DNA from: Alphaproteobacteria bacterium
GTDB taxonomy: Bacteria > Pseudomonadota > Alphaproteobacteria > JAAXGF01
NCBI GenBank assembly: GCA_963555825.3
Contig: CAUVXB020000001.1
Coordinates: forward strand, 512,001 to 576,000
DNA length: 64,000 bases
Reading direction: 5' to 3'
Shown: in pieces, positions 19,559 through 28,666 of the stretch
Layout: every line of letters begins with the position of its first letter
Position numbering within the stretch: the first letter of the stretch is position 1
Notes under the pieces: generated by a model
The model's input: only the letters and a program-made list of their open reading frames with translations
Databases searched by the model: none
Told to the model about the DNA's origin: nothing
Position numbers and translations under genes: made by a program

Positions 19559-19591
19559 GAGACGGATTCGCTCGCGACTGCCCCATCGCCA
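19559..19591 (+). repeat. att-like, tRNA-3'-end-like motif, copy 2
   Basis: GAGACGGATTCGCTCGCGACTGCCCCATCGCCA, an imperfect direct repeat of 19170..19203. Confidence 0.6.
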
Positions 19592-19632
19592 CAATTAAGC
19601 TGTTGTTGTAAAAGAGTTTTCAAGGTTGCGGG

Positions 19633-19941
19633 GTGATCAAGGGCGACGAGTTGGGCATCGGCTACCGCCACGTGCCACACGACCGGGCGTTCACCAACCA
19701 CCAAGTCCCGCTGACGCAAGGTTCGGCGTATTACCTGTTCGGTGACGGGCCGGTCGATCAGGTCGGTGGCGACAAGCGCCGCGCCTTCGGCAAGAAGCGC
19801 ATCATCGCTCTGCTCGAAGAACGTCTTGGCCGACCGCTCGCCGAGCAGCGCGACGCCATAACGGCGGCCTTCAACGCGTATCAGCGCGACGAGATCCGGC
19901 GCGATGACGTCGCTATGGTCGGTTTCGTGCCGTTCGACTGA
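19633..19941 (+). pseudogene. C-terminal fragment of a SpoIIE/PP2C-type phosphatase
   Basis: IKGD..GIGY, YLFGDGPVDQVGGDKRRAFGKKR, RRDDVAMVGF. Confidence 0.75.
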
Positions 19942-20349
19942 GCGGCGATTGCAACGGGCGGGCCGCGTGGCAAAGGCGACCGTGACAATTCGATACAATC
20001 TGCGACACGGCTGACAAACGTGGTCGACGGCGTGGCGCTATATTATTCACACGAGGCACGCGATGGCGTCGGCGGATGGCGATTTGCACCCTGTCCCAAA
20101 ATCCGGCGCGGCGTTTCGGATGCATTGAGCGAGCGGGAAAGGCTAGGGGTCATGACGATGAGAACCGCGATATCGACCTGTCTTGCATTCTCCGGTCATC
20201 GTCATTTCCGCGCTCGCCGCGCGGGTCTTCGCCCGCGGGTTCGTCTCGGTGGTCATGTCGTTGGGCAAGCGTCTGGCGCAGGACACGTGGCCGATCGAAG
20301 ATGATCGCGGGTAGGTGGAACGTCGAGCGCAGGCAAGTGCGTACGAACG

Positions 20350-20790
20350 TCGGTGGCCGATCTTCGGCGATGTTCGCCGCCAAGGCGGCGGGTAGGGCCG
20401 TGATGAAGCCCAAGCTCGGCCTCCACGCGTCGAACGGCACGCTGTTTCTGGCCAGCGCCGGCGCGTTTTGGACACGCCAGCTTACGGCGGCGTCAAGTGG
20501 CTCGGCGTCGCCGGCAACGACCAGCGGAACCTGCCTCATATCGCCGGCCTGGTCCTGCTCAACGACGTCTAGACGGGTATGCCGGTCGCGGCGATGGACG
20601 CGCGCTGGATTACCGGCGCGCGCACCGCGGCCGATCACCGTCGTCGCGGCGCGGCGGCTGGCGAGGGCCGATGCGGTGTCGATCGGCTTCGTCGCCTGCG
20701 GCGTGCAGGTGCGCGCCCATCTCGCGGCGCTCGGGCCCAGCTATCCGATCACGCGTGTTCGCGCGGCGTATCGGCCAGGTCCTCGCGCTG
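20350..20790 (+). pseudogene. degraded ornithine cyclodeaminase/mu-crystallin family gene
   Basis: Pieces across frames: GGVKWLGV...LPHIAGLVLLNDV*TGMPVAAMDARWITGARTAA and AARRLARADAVSIGFVACGVQVRAHL. Boundaries are approximate. Confidence 0.75.
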
Positions 20791-20818
20791 TAGCCGATCC
20801 GATCCTTGGTACTAGGGC

Positions 20819-20901
20819 AAAAAAATTCGCCTCGCGTCGGGGAACGCGAGGCGTCGGAGGTATACTCTGGGGGAGAGTACGCCGGATGGGGTGAATCCGG
20901 C
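20819..20901 (-). ncRNA. candidate sRNA/3'UTR: three tandem hairpins with C-rich loops ending in an intrinsic terminator
   Basis: Minus strand reads GCCGGAU-UCACCCC-AUCCGGC, UACUCU-CCCCC-AGAGUA, CGCCUCGCGU-UCCCCG-ACGCGAGGCG, then AAUUUUUUU. Confidence 0.55.
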
Positions 20902-20919
20902 GGCTGCGTATGCGGCTTC

Positions 20920-21147
20920 TTACGAGCCCTCGCTGTCTGCTAAATCGACGGTCGTGACCATGGGGGTGCGGACGTAGACCGTGTACTTGCCCGAAGGCTC
21001 CTGATAGGGAACCGAGACGATCGCGTTTGCGGGGCGAACCGTCGTGCGGGCGGTGTCGTTGCCGGTCGGGCCGAACGCCAGGGCGCCGACGCCGAGCAGC
21101 CAGATGCCGAACAGGGAGGCGGTGATTTTGAAGGTTTTTCCGGTCAT
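20920..21147 (-). CDS. small secreted/membrane-anchored hypothetical protein (75 aa)
   Basis: AGAAGGA RBS upstream of ATG; basic N-terminus, hydrophobic core and ALA cleavage-like site. Confidence 0.7.
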   Translation of the reverse strand: MTGKTFKITASLFGIWLLGVGALAFGPTGNDTARTTVRPANAIVSVPYQEPSGKYTVYVRTPMVTTVDLADSEGS

Positions 21148-21360
21148 GTCCGTCAGTCCTTCTCTAATCTTCAGGTTTCCGTCTCAACCCTGTCGGGCGT
21201 TGTTGCGGTCGCTTTCTTGTCTCGTGGTTTCTGTCGTTGGCATGGATGTAGGTACGCCGAGGTCGTTGCGAAACGCAAAACGTTCGCCGAATCTTGATGC
21301 AGACGGGTTGCCTATCAAATTCACCGCGGATATTTGAAGCGGAATCGCCGAATCGGGCAC

Positions 21361-21810
21361 TCAGCCCTGTTCGAGAAGCTTCTTCAGCGCGTTGAGCGCG
21401 CGCATCGCCTCGACGATGCGTTCCTCGATGCGCGCCTGCTCGATATGGTCGATGCGGCCGTCGTCGGCGAGCGACTCGGCGACCTCGCGCATCACGTCGG
21501 AGGCGTGCAGCACCGTGCGTTCGGCCTGGATACGGGCGCTTTCCGCTTGATCGCCCTGGCCGACGTCGTCACGTGGCACGGCGGTGAAGGCGGTGCCGTC
21601 GAGCAGATAGTCGGCGAGCCGTGAATCGGGCACCGCGCGCAACAGCTCGCGCGCTTCGTCGGCGCTGAAGCGCACGCGGCCGTAAATGCGCGAATAGAGA
21701 CTCTGTTCCTTGAGACCGAGCGTCGCCGCGACGTCCTTCACGCTGCCGCGCTCCTCGGCAATCAAGAGCGTGTAAACGAGGTTGGTGAACTCACTCAATT
21801 TGTCGGCCAT
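21361..21810 (-). CDS. phage regulatory CII (CP76)-like HTH protein
   Basis: N-terminal HTH (SVKDVAATLGLKEQSLYSR); C-terminal SLADDGRIDHIEQARIEERIVEA. Confidence 0.65.
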   Translation of the reverse strand: MADKLSEFTNLVYTLLIAEERGSVKDVAATLGLKEQSLYSRIYGRVRFSADEARELLRAVPDSRLADYLLDGTAFTAVPRDDVGQGDQAESARIQAERTVLHASDVMREVAESLADDGRIDHIEQARIEERIVEAMRALNALKKLLEQG

Positions 21811-21926
21811 GCCGCCATGCCCCCCGGGTCGCCGCATCCTACCCGGCAAGGGCCCCGCCTACAAACCCCAAGCGCGGGGCGTGCCGCCAGCGTATGATTT
21901 GGCTGCGAGTCCGCGGGAGGCGCTGC

Positions 21927-22805
21927 ATGAAGAACGAAGAAGGCCGGATCGACGTCGACGGCCACCGGGTCTGGTACCGGCGCGTCGGCGAGCGCGGCGT
22001 GCCGCTGCTTCTGCTGCACGGCGGGCCCGGGGCCGGCCACGACTATCTCGAACCGCTCGCCGGCCTGGCCGAGAGGCGCGCGGTGATCTTCTATGACCAG
22101 TTGGGTTGCGGGCGATCGGACCAGCCCGACGATCCGTCGCTCTGGCGCATCGAGCGCTTCGTGCGCGAGGTCGATACCGTTCGCGCCGCACTCGGCCTGG
22201 ACCGGGTCCATATCCTCGGCCAATCCTGGGGCGGCTGGCTCGCCATCGAATACATGCTGAGCGCGCCCAAGGGCGTCGTCGGTCTGGTGCTCGCCAGCAC
22301 CTCGGCGAGCATCCCTGAGTTCGTCGACGAGGCGTGGCGCCTGATCGGCGAGATGCCCGACACGATCGGCGAGACGATTCGCCATCACGAGGCCGCCGAC
22401 GAATACGACCACCCCGATTTCGTCGCCGCGCTCGAGGCGTTCTACAAACGCCACCTCTGCCGGCTCGATCCCTGGCCCGATGCGCTCGAGCGCTCGGGCA
22501 AGAACCTCGAAGCGGGCGGCGGCCACACGGTCTACAACACGATCAACGGGCCGACCGAGTTCACGGTGACTGGCGAGCTGAAGGACTGGGACCGGATCGA
22601 CCGGCTGGGCGAGATCACCGTGCCGACGCTGATCACTGTCGGCCGCCACGACGAGATCACGCCGGCCTGCGCCGAGACCATTCACCGCGGCATCGCCGGC
22701 TCGCGCGTGGTGGTCTTCGAGGACAGCGCGCATTGCGCCCACCTCGAGGAGACCGAGGCCTATCTCGAGATCGTCGGCGCGTTCCTGGCCGAGGTCGATC
22801 CGTAG
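21927..22805 (+). CDS. proline iminopeptidase / L-amino acid amidase family hydrolase
   Basis: LHGGPG, YDQLGCGRSD, GQSWGG, GPTEF, SAHCAHLEE; GGGAGG RBS. Confidence 0.9.
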   Translation: MKNEEGRIDVDGHRVWYRRVGERGVPLLLLHGGPGAGHDYLEPLAGLAERRAVIFYDQLGCGRSDQPDDPSLWRIERFVREVDTVRAALGLDRVHILGQSWGGWLAIEYMLSAPKGVVGLVLASTSASIPEFVDEAWRLIGEMPDTIGETIRHHEAADEYDHPDFVAALEAFYKRHLCRLDPWPDALERSGKNLEAGGGHTVYNTINGPTEFTVTGELKDWDRIDRLGEITVPTLITVGRHDEITPACAETIHRGIAGSRVVVFEDSAHCAHLEETEAYLEIVGAFLAEVDP

Positions 22806-22819
22806 GGGAGGGACCCAAG

Positions 22820-23707
22820 ATGCTGCCGACACACGGTCGCTACGCGTATTCCAACATTACCAAGCGGGCCGACTACGATTGGCCCGGCGGCAAGCGCCTG
22901 GCGGTCTATGTCGCGCTCAACATCGAGGCGTTCGGGTTCGGCGTCGGCAAGGGCGCGGCGATCGCGCCGCCCGATCAGGCGCAGAGCCATTCGATCTTTT
23001 CGTGGCGCGATTACGGCAACCGGGTCGGCATGTGGCGCCTGTTCGAGATGTTCGACGCGCTCGATTTCCCGATCGAGGCGCAGATGAACACGGCGGTCTA
23101 CGAGCTGGCACCCGACATACCCGAGAAGCTGCGCGCGCGCGGCGACGAGATGCTCGGCCACGGCGAGACCAACTCCGACGAACAACACCATCTCGGCGAG
23201 ACCGAAGAGCGTGCCTTGATCGAGCGCGTGACCGCGACGATCGAGAGCCACGAGGGGCGCCGGCCGGTCGGCTGGATGAGCCCGTGGCTGTCGAACTCGG
23301 ACGTCACGCCGGATTTGCTGCAGGAGGCCGGCTACCGCTATTTCATGGACTGGACGATGGACGATCAGCCGGTCTGGATGAAGACGCGGGGCGGGCGCAT
23401 CCTCGCCATGCCCTATCCGATCGAGGTCAACGACACGCGCGGCATCGTCTGGTACCGCCATTCGGCCGACGAGTTCGCCGACATGATCGTCGACCAGTTC
23501 GACGAGATGCTCGAGCAGTCCCGCGGACAGCCGCTGGTCTGCCCGATCTCGCTGCACCCCTTCGTCGTCGGCCGGCCCTACAGGATCAGACGGCTGCGCC
23601 GCGCCTTCGAGCACATCGCCGCGCATCGCGACGCCATCTGGCTGACCCGCCCCGGCGACATCTGCGCCCACATCGAGAGCCTGCCCGAGGGCGTCGTCCC
23701 GGGGTAA
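22820..23707 (+). CDS. polysaccharide deacetylase family protein (PuuE allantoinase-like)
   Basis: WPGGKRLAVYVALNIE, WRDYGNRVG, DDQPVW, ISLHPFVVGRPYR. Confidence 0.88.
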   Translation: MLPTHGRYAYSNITKRADYDWPGGKRLAVYVALNIEAFGFGVGKGAAIAPPDQAQSHSIFSWRDYGNRVGMWRLFEMFDALDFPIEAQMNTAVYELAPDIPEKLRARGDEMLGHGETNSDEQHHLGETEERALIERVTATIESHEGRRPVGWMSPWLSNSDVTPDLLQEAGYRYFMDWTMDDQPVWMKTRGGRILAMPYPIEVNDTRGIVWYRHSADEFADMIVDQFDEMLEQSRGQPLVCPISLHPFVVGRPYRIRRLRRAFEHIAAHRDAIWLTRPGDICAHIESLPEGVVPG

Positions 23708-23735
23708 CCCGCTGTGAGATCGAGGCTGTTTTGTA

Positions 23736-24992
23736 TCAGCTCTTGCCCTGGCCGGGCTCGGTCGCGTTGACCAGCGCGGCCATGTTGCCGTAGGGGTGGC
23801 GGTTCTCGTGCATCAGCTGGTGCGCCTCGCCGATCTCGTCGAACGAGAAGGTGTTCGAGAGGCACGGGTCGATCTTGCCGTCGATGACGAGGCGGTTGAC
23901 CGCGGCGGCCTGCTCGTCGTTCGACAGGTGGCTGCCCTGGAAACGCTTCTGGCGCATCCAGTGATAGCGCAGGTCCAGCGTCACGTTGTAGCCGGTGGTG
24001 CCGGCGCAGATGACGATCATGCCGCCGGTCGCTGCGACGAAGCCCGAGGTCGGCAGCGTCGCCTCGCCGGGATGCTCGAAGACGATGCGCGGGCTAATCC
24101 GCTCGCCGCAGGCCTCCCAGATCGCCTTGCCGAAGGCGCGCGCGCCCTTGGACCAGTCGCCGTATTCGGCGCTTTCGGTGCCGGGCATAGCGCCCCAATG
24201 CGAAAAATCGCTGCGGTTGATCACGCCTACGGCGCCGTGATCGAGGCAGAATTGGCGCTTGTCCTCGTCCGAGACGACGGCGATCGGTCGGCCGCCCTGG
24301 GCCGCGGTGATCTGCAGCGCCATCGAGCCGAGCCCGCCGGCCGCGCCCCAAACCAGCACCACGTCGCCGGCCTCGACGACGTTGGGCGGCCAGCCCATCA
24401 GCATGCGGTATGCGGTCGAGGCGCATAAGAGGTAACAGCCGGCTTCCTCCCAGCTCAGGTGCTTGGGCTTGGGCTGGCATTGGTGCGACTGGGCGCGGGC
24501 GAACTGGCAATAGCTGCCGTAGTTGGTCTGGTAGCCCCAGATACGCGTCGATTCGGCGAGCATCGGGTCGCGGCCGGCGAGGACCCACGGATCTTCCGGC
24601 TCCCACCAGCCGCTGTGGACGACGACCTCGTCGCCGATCGCGACGTTGTCGACCTCGCCGCCGATCGCCCAGACGATGCCCGAGCAATCGCTGCCGCCGG
24701 CGTGGAAGTCTTCCGGCTCGCCCTTGCGCTGGCGGTCGGCGATGACGTCGACCGGAATGCCGAGCGCCGCCCAGACGTTGTTGTAGTTGATGCCGGTCGC
24801 CATGACATAGACCAGCACGTCCTTTGGGCCGATCTCGGGCGTTGGGATGATCTCGCGCTGCCAGGCGTCGCGCGGCTCGCCGAAGCGGTCCTGGCGGACC
24901 AGGAAGGCGTGCATCTTCTCGGGCACGTCGCCGAGCGCCGGGCGCTCGCCGAGATCGCAGATTTCCATTTTGTCGTTTCTCCCCAAGTTCAT
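23736..24992 (-). CDS. ccr: crotonyl-CoA carboxylase/reductase
   Basis: [55 protein letters not shown]. Confidence 0.9.
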   Translation of the reverse strand: MNLGRNDKMEICDLGERPALGDVPEKMHAFLVRQDRFGEPRDAWQREIIPTPEIGPKDVLVYVMATGINYNNVWAALGIPVDVIADRQRKGEPEDFHAGGSDCSGIVWAIGGEVDNVAIGDEVVVHSGWWEPEDPWVLAGRDPMLAESTRIWGYQTNYGSYCQFARAQSHQCQPKPKHLSWEEAGCYLLCASTAYRMLMGWPPNVVEAGDVVLVWGAAGGLGSMALQITAAQGGRPIAVVSDEDKRQFCLDHGAVGVINRSDFSHWGAMPGTESAEYGDWSKGARAFGKAIWEACGERISPRIVFEHPGEATLPTSGFVAATGGMIVICAGTTGYNVTLDLRYHWMRQKRFQGSHLSNDEQAAAVNRLVIDGKIDPCLSNTFSFDEIGEAHQLMHENRHPYGNMAALVNATEPGQGKS

Positions 24993-25030
24993 CGCCTGGA
25001 CGGCCGCGCCACGTTATGCCCAAGCCACAC

Positions 25031-26455
25031 TCAAGGGTCAACGAATGATGTGCGCATCGCGTCCCTGAGCGTCTCGACGTCGCGGCCGAGGTTGCGCAAG
25101 TCTTCGACCGGCGGGAAAGCCTCGCGCACCGTGGCGAGGAAATCGTGCAGCGGCGCCGCCGGCTCGCGGTCTTGCGACCAGAGCACCTGGCTCGCTACCG
25201 CGGCGAGGATGGCGAGGCAGGTGTCGAAGCTGTCGGCAATTTCGCCTTCCTTCTCGTAGGCATAGAAGCTCGGCAGCAGAATGTCGCTCTGGGCGTTGCC
25301 GACGTCGTCGACCGGCATCAAGGTCGGCCGCGCCAGGTCACGCGCCTTGCGGGCGAACCAGGCATGCGTACTGGTCAAGGGGTGGGTGTTGTGGTCAGGT
25401 GCATAACGCCAGCCGGCTTCCGAACCGACGATATCGGGATGGTGCAGCTTGACCACGTGGCGGCCGCTCAAGACGGCGAGCTCGGCCCAGGCGAAGCCGA
25501 TCGCGTCGATCGCCCAGTAGGGCGCACAGTCGTGAAAACTGCCGTTCGACAAGACGCGCCCCAAGGGATGAGCGTCGTCAGGCGCCAGGTACAGCGGATT
25601 GTCGCCGGGTGATTGCAGCGCCGCCTCGGCAATCTCGACTGCTTGGGCGAGCACACGGTGCGCCTGGGCCAGCACGCGCGGCACGATACGCCAACTGACC
25701 GGCGCCTGATAAGCGCGCCGGTCCTCGCGGTCGGCGCCGTCGAGGTTTACGTTGAGGCGCGCCAGCGCCGCCTTATCGTGGGGGTTGGCCCAGATCTCGG
25801 CGAGCGCCATGTCGTAGGCCTCCAACGGCGCGCGGCAGGCCTCGATCGACAATGCGAAGACGCGGTGCGCCAGCGCGAGCCGGCGCTCGGCCCGCAGCGC
25901 CGTGTCGGCCACGAGCGCGGCGGTGCAGGGCGCGCCGTTGACCAGCGAGCCTGAGTCCTTCTCGGCGCGGCCTTCGCCGATCAGATGGCCGAAGACGGCG
26001 TTGAGCGGCTCGACCTCGCCAGAAGCGATTTGGCCTTCGAGGGCGACCTCGGGGAGTGCGCGGCCGTCGAGCATGGCGGCGACCGCCTCGACGATATCGG
26101 GGCTGACCGCGGCATGGCCGGAGACGAAGCTGGCGAGCCGTGCGAAGACGATGCCGCTCACGACACGGCCGGGCAGCCGCCGGCCGAGGCCGATACCGAG
26201 CGAGTAGGGTGGCAGCTCGGCCTGTTTCCGACGGCCTTCGGCGTCCAAGCGGGTTTTCGCCTTGTCGCCGTAACCGGTGGTCACGCCGTATATCGGATCC
26301 GCCGGGTCGCTCGCGACCAGGCGCATGAAGTCGGCGCGCGAGCCTTCGATGCGCGAACGGCCTTGCGGTCCGACCGCCACGGGCTCGGCCTGCCACGCTA
26401 CGCGCCGGAAATTTTCCAGTGTGAAATCGGCCAGCGAGTCGATGGTCAGCGTCAT
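25031..26455 (-). CDS. aromatic amino acid lyase (HAL/PAL, MIO) family, divergent
   Basis: IYGVTTGYG, QIASGE, LVNG, DNPLY, SNGSFH. Confidence 0.82.
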   Translation of the reverse strand: MTLTIDSLADFTLENFRRVAWQAEPVAVGPQGRSRIEGSRADFMRLVASDPADPIYGVTTGYGDKAKTRLDAEGRRKQAELPPYSLGIGLGRRLPGRVVSGIVFARLASFVSGHAAVSPDIVEAVAAMLDGRALPEVALEGQIASGEVEPLNAVFGHLIGEGRAEKDSGSLVNGAPCTAALVADTALRAERRLALAHRVFALSIEACRAPLEAYDMALAEIWANPHDKAALARLNVNLDGADREDRRAYQAPVSWRIVPRVLAQAHRVLAQAVEIAEAALQSPGDNPLYLAPDDAHPLGRVLSNGSFHDCAPYWAIDAIGFAWAELAVLSGRHVVKLHHPDIVGSEAGWRYAPDHNTHPLTSTHAWFARKARDLARPTLMPVDDVGNAQSDILLPSFYAYEKEGEIADSFDTCLAILAAVASQVLWSQDREPAAPLHDFLATVREAFPPVEDLRNLGRDVETLRDAMRTSFVDP

Positions 26456-26586
26456 CGTTCATTCCCTCTTGCTGTTGGCTTGCACGATACGCCGAAATCT
26501 GGCCATCGGCACGCCAACGCATGGCCCGCCGCGATCTTCTGCGCTAGGTTCACGCAAGTGAGGTTCAAAGGGCGAGGACAAAAGCC

Positions 26587-27399
26587 ATGACCGAGGTATC
26601 GAGCAGCGCGACCGTCGATCTCGAACAGGCGATCCGCGTCGAGCGGGACGGTCCGATCGCGACCGTCCTGTTCGACCGGGCGGCCAAGCTCAACGCCTTC
26701 ACCGAGGCGATGTGGCGCCGCCTCGGCGAGACGGTCGACGCGCTGTCGGCCGACGACGACGTGCGCTGCGTCGTCTTGCGCGGCGACGGCGATCGCGCCT
26801 TCTCGGTCGGCGCCGACATCGGCGAGTTCAAGGAGACGCGGCACAGCGCCGAACGCGCCATGGAGCATTCGCGCCGGGGGGCGCGCTCGATCGAGTCGAT
26901 CCTCGAGTGCCGCCATCCGGTGGTCGCGTCGATCTCGGGCTATTGCGTCGGCGGCGGGCTGGAAATCGCGGCGTGCTGCGATCTGCGCATCTGCGGCGAA
27001 TCGAGCCGCTTCGGCATCCCGATCAAGCGGCTCGGGCTGACCGTGCAATACGCCGACCTCGAGGTGCTGCTCGAGCTGATCGGCCCGTCCAACGTCAAGG
27101 AAATCCTCTTCGAGGGACGCATCCTGGAGGCCGCCGAGGCCAAGGCGATGGGGCTGGTCAACCGCATCGTGCCCGACGCCGACGTCGTCACCGAGAGCTA
27201 CGCGACGGCGGCGCGCATCGCCGAGGGCGCGCCGCTCGCCGCGCGCTGGCACAAGAAGTTCATCCACCGCCTGCGCGACGCGACGCCGCTGACCGACGAG
27301 GACCACCGCGAGACATACGCCTGCTTCGACACCGAGGACTTCCGGACCGGCTACCAGGCCTTCCTGGCCAAGCGCAAACCCGAATTCGAGGGCCGCTGA
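26587..27399 (+). CDS. enoyl-CoA hydratase/isomerase family protein
   Basis: AFSVGADI, GYCVGGGLE, AFLAKRKPEFEGR. Confidence 0.92.
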   Translation: MTEVSSSATVDLEQAIRVERDGPIATVLFDRAAKLNAFTEAMWRRLGETVDALSADDDVRCVVLRGDGDRAFSVGADIGEFKETRHSAERAMEHSRRGARSIESILECRHPVVASISGYCVGGGLEIAACCDLRICGESSRFGIPIKRLGLTVQYADLEVLLELIGPSNVKEILFEGRILEAAEAKAMGLVNRIVPDADVVTESYATAARIAEGAPLAARWHKKFIHRLRDATPLTDEDHRETYACFDTEDFRTGYQAFLAKRKPEFEGR

Positions 27400-27400
27400 G

Positions 27401-28624
27401 ATGACCGAAACGACAGCGACCGGCGGCCCGCTCGCGGGTCTACGCGTGATCGAGATGACCCATATCATGGCCGGCCCGACCTGCGGGCGCATGCTCGCCG
27501 ACATGGGCGCCGAGGTCATCAAGGTGGAGCGCGCGCCGATGGGCGACCGGATGCGCTGGGACTCGACCGACGAGGACGACATCGGCGGCCAGCCGGCGAG
27601 CTTCATGATGGTAAACCGCAATAAGCGCGGCATCGCCATCGACCTCAAGACGGTCGAGGGCAAGGCGATTCTCCACCGCCTGCTGGCCGACGCCGACGTG
27701 CTGGTCGAGAACCACAAACGCGGTACGCTCGACCGCCTGGGCTTCGGTTACGAGACGCTGCACGAGAAGAATCCCGGCCTGATCTATTGCGCGGTCAGCG
27801 GGTTCGGCCGGACCGGGCCCTATGCCGACCGTGGCGGCCTCGACCTGATCACCCAGGGCATGAGCGGCTTGATGAGCGTGACCGGCGAGGGGCCCGACCG
27901 GCCGCCGCTGAAATGCGGCTCGCCGATGACCGACATCGGCGCCGGCATCCTCGGCGCCATGGCGGTGTGCGCCGCCTTGCACCACCGCGCGCAAACCGGC
28001 GAGGGGCAGATGGTCGACACCTCGCTGTTGGAGGCCGGCGTCACCTTCACCTACTGGCAGTCGGCGCTGGTTCTTGCCGGCGCCCCATCACCCGGTCGCA
28101 TGGGCACCGCGCATCCGCTGGATTCGCCGTACCAGGCCTACCAGGCGAAGGATGGCTGGCTGACCCTGGGCACCGCGAGCGAGGCCCAGTGGCGCGGCCT
28201 CTTGGACGTGCTTGGCCTGCCCGAGCTGGCCGACGATGCGCGTTTCGTGAATACCGCCAGCCGCATGAACAATCGGTTCGAGCTCGAGGCGCTGTTCAAC
28301 GAGCGCTTCCGAGAAAAGACTCGCGCCGAATGGCTGGACTTGCTCGACGACGCCGGCATCCCGTCGGGCCCGGTGCTCGAGATCGGCGAGATGCACGACG
28401 ACCCGCAGGTCCGCGCGCGCGAGATGGTCGTCGCGGCGCCGCATTCGACACTCGGCGACGTCGAGACCATCGGCTGCCCGGTCAAGTTTTCGGCCACTCC
28501 GGCGGTCGTGCGCAAGGGCGCGCCGTTGCTCGGCGAAGACACCCGTGACATCCTGCGCGGCTGCGGCTACGACGATGCCGAGATTGACCGGCTCGCGGCG
28601 CAACAGGTTATAGTTGCGGCATGA
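27401..28624 (+). CDS. family III CoA transferase (CaiB/BaiF)
   Basis: AGPTCGRMLADMGAEVIKVE, NRNKRG, SGFGRTGPY, APLLGE. Confidence 0.92.
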   Translation: MTETTATGGPLAGLRVIEMTHIMAGPTCGRMLADMGAEVIKVERAPMGDRMRWDSTDEDDIGGQPASFMMVNRNKRGIAIDLKTVEGKAILHRLLADADVLVENHKRGTLDRLGFGYETLHEKNPGLIYCAVSGFGRTGPYADRGGLDLITQGMSGLMSVTGEGPDRPPLKCGSPMTDIGAGILGAMAVCAALHHRAQTGEGQMVDTSLLEAGVTFTYWQSALVLAGAPSPGRMGTAHPLDSPYQAYQAKDGWLTLGTASEAQWRGLLDVLGLPELADDARFVNTASRMNNRFELEALFNERFREKTRAEWLDLLDDAGIPSGPVLEIGEMHDDPQVRAREMVVAAPHSTLGDVETIGCPVKFSATPAVVRKGAPLLGEDTRDILRGCGYDDAEIDRLAAQQVIVAA

Positions 28625-28666
28625 GATGCCGGGGTTGAGCGAGACCGTGAAGGGGCGGGGGGCAGC

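Noticed and set aside
19008-19591. CRISPR array or true tRNA genes
   Set aside because: The repeats are short, irregularly spaced and in mixed orientation, no cas genes are present, and the tRNA-like motifs lack D and anticodon arms.
21361-21810. Prophage
   Set aside because: Only a single CII-like gene; no integrase, structural or replication genes nearby.
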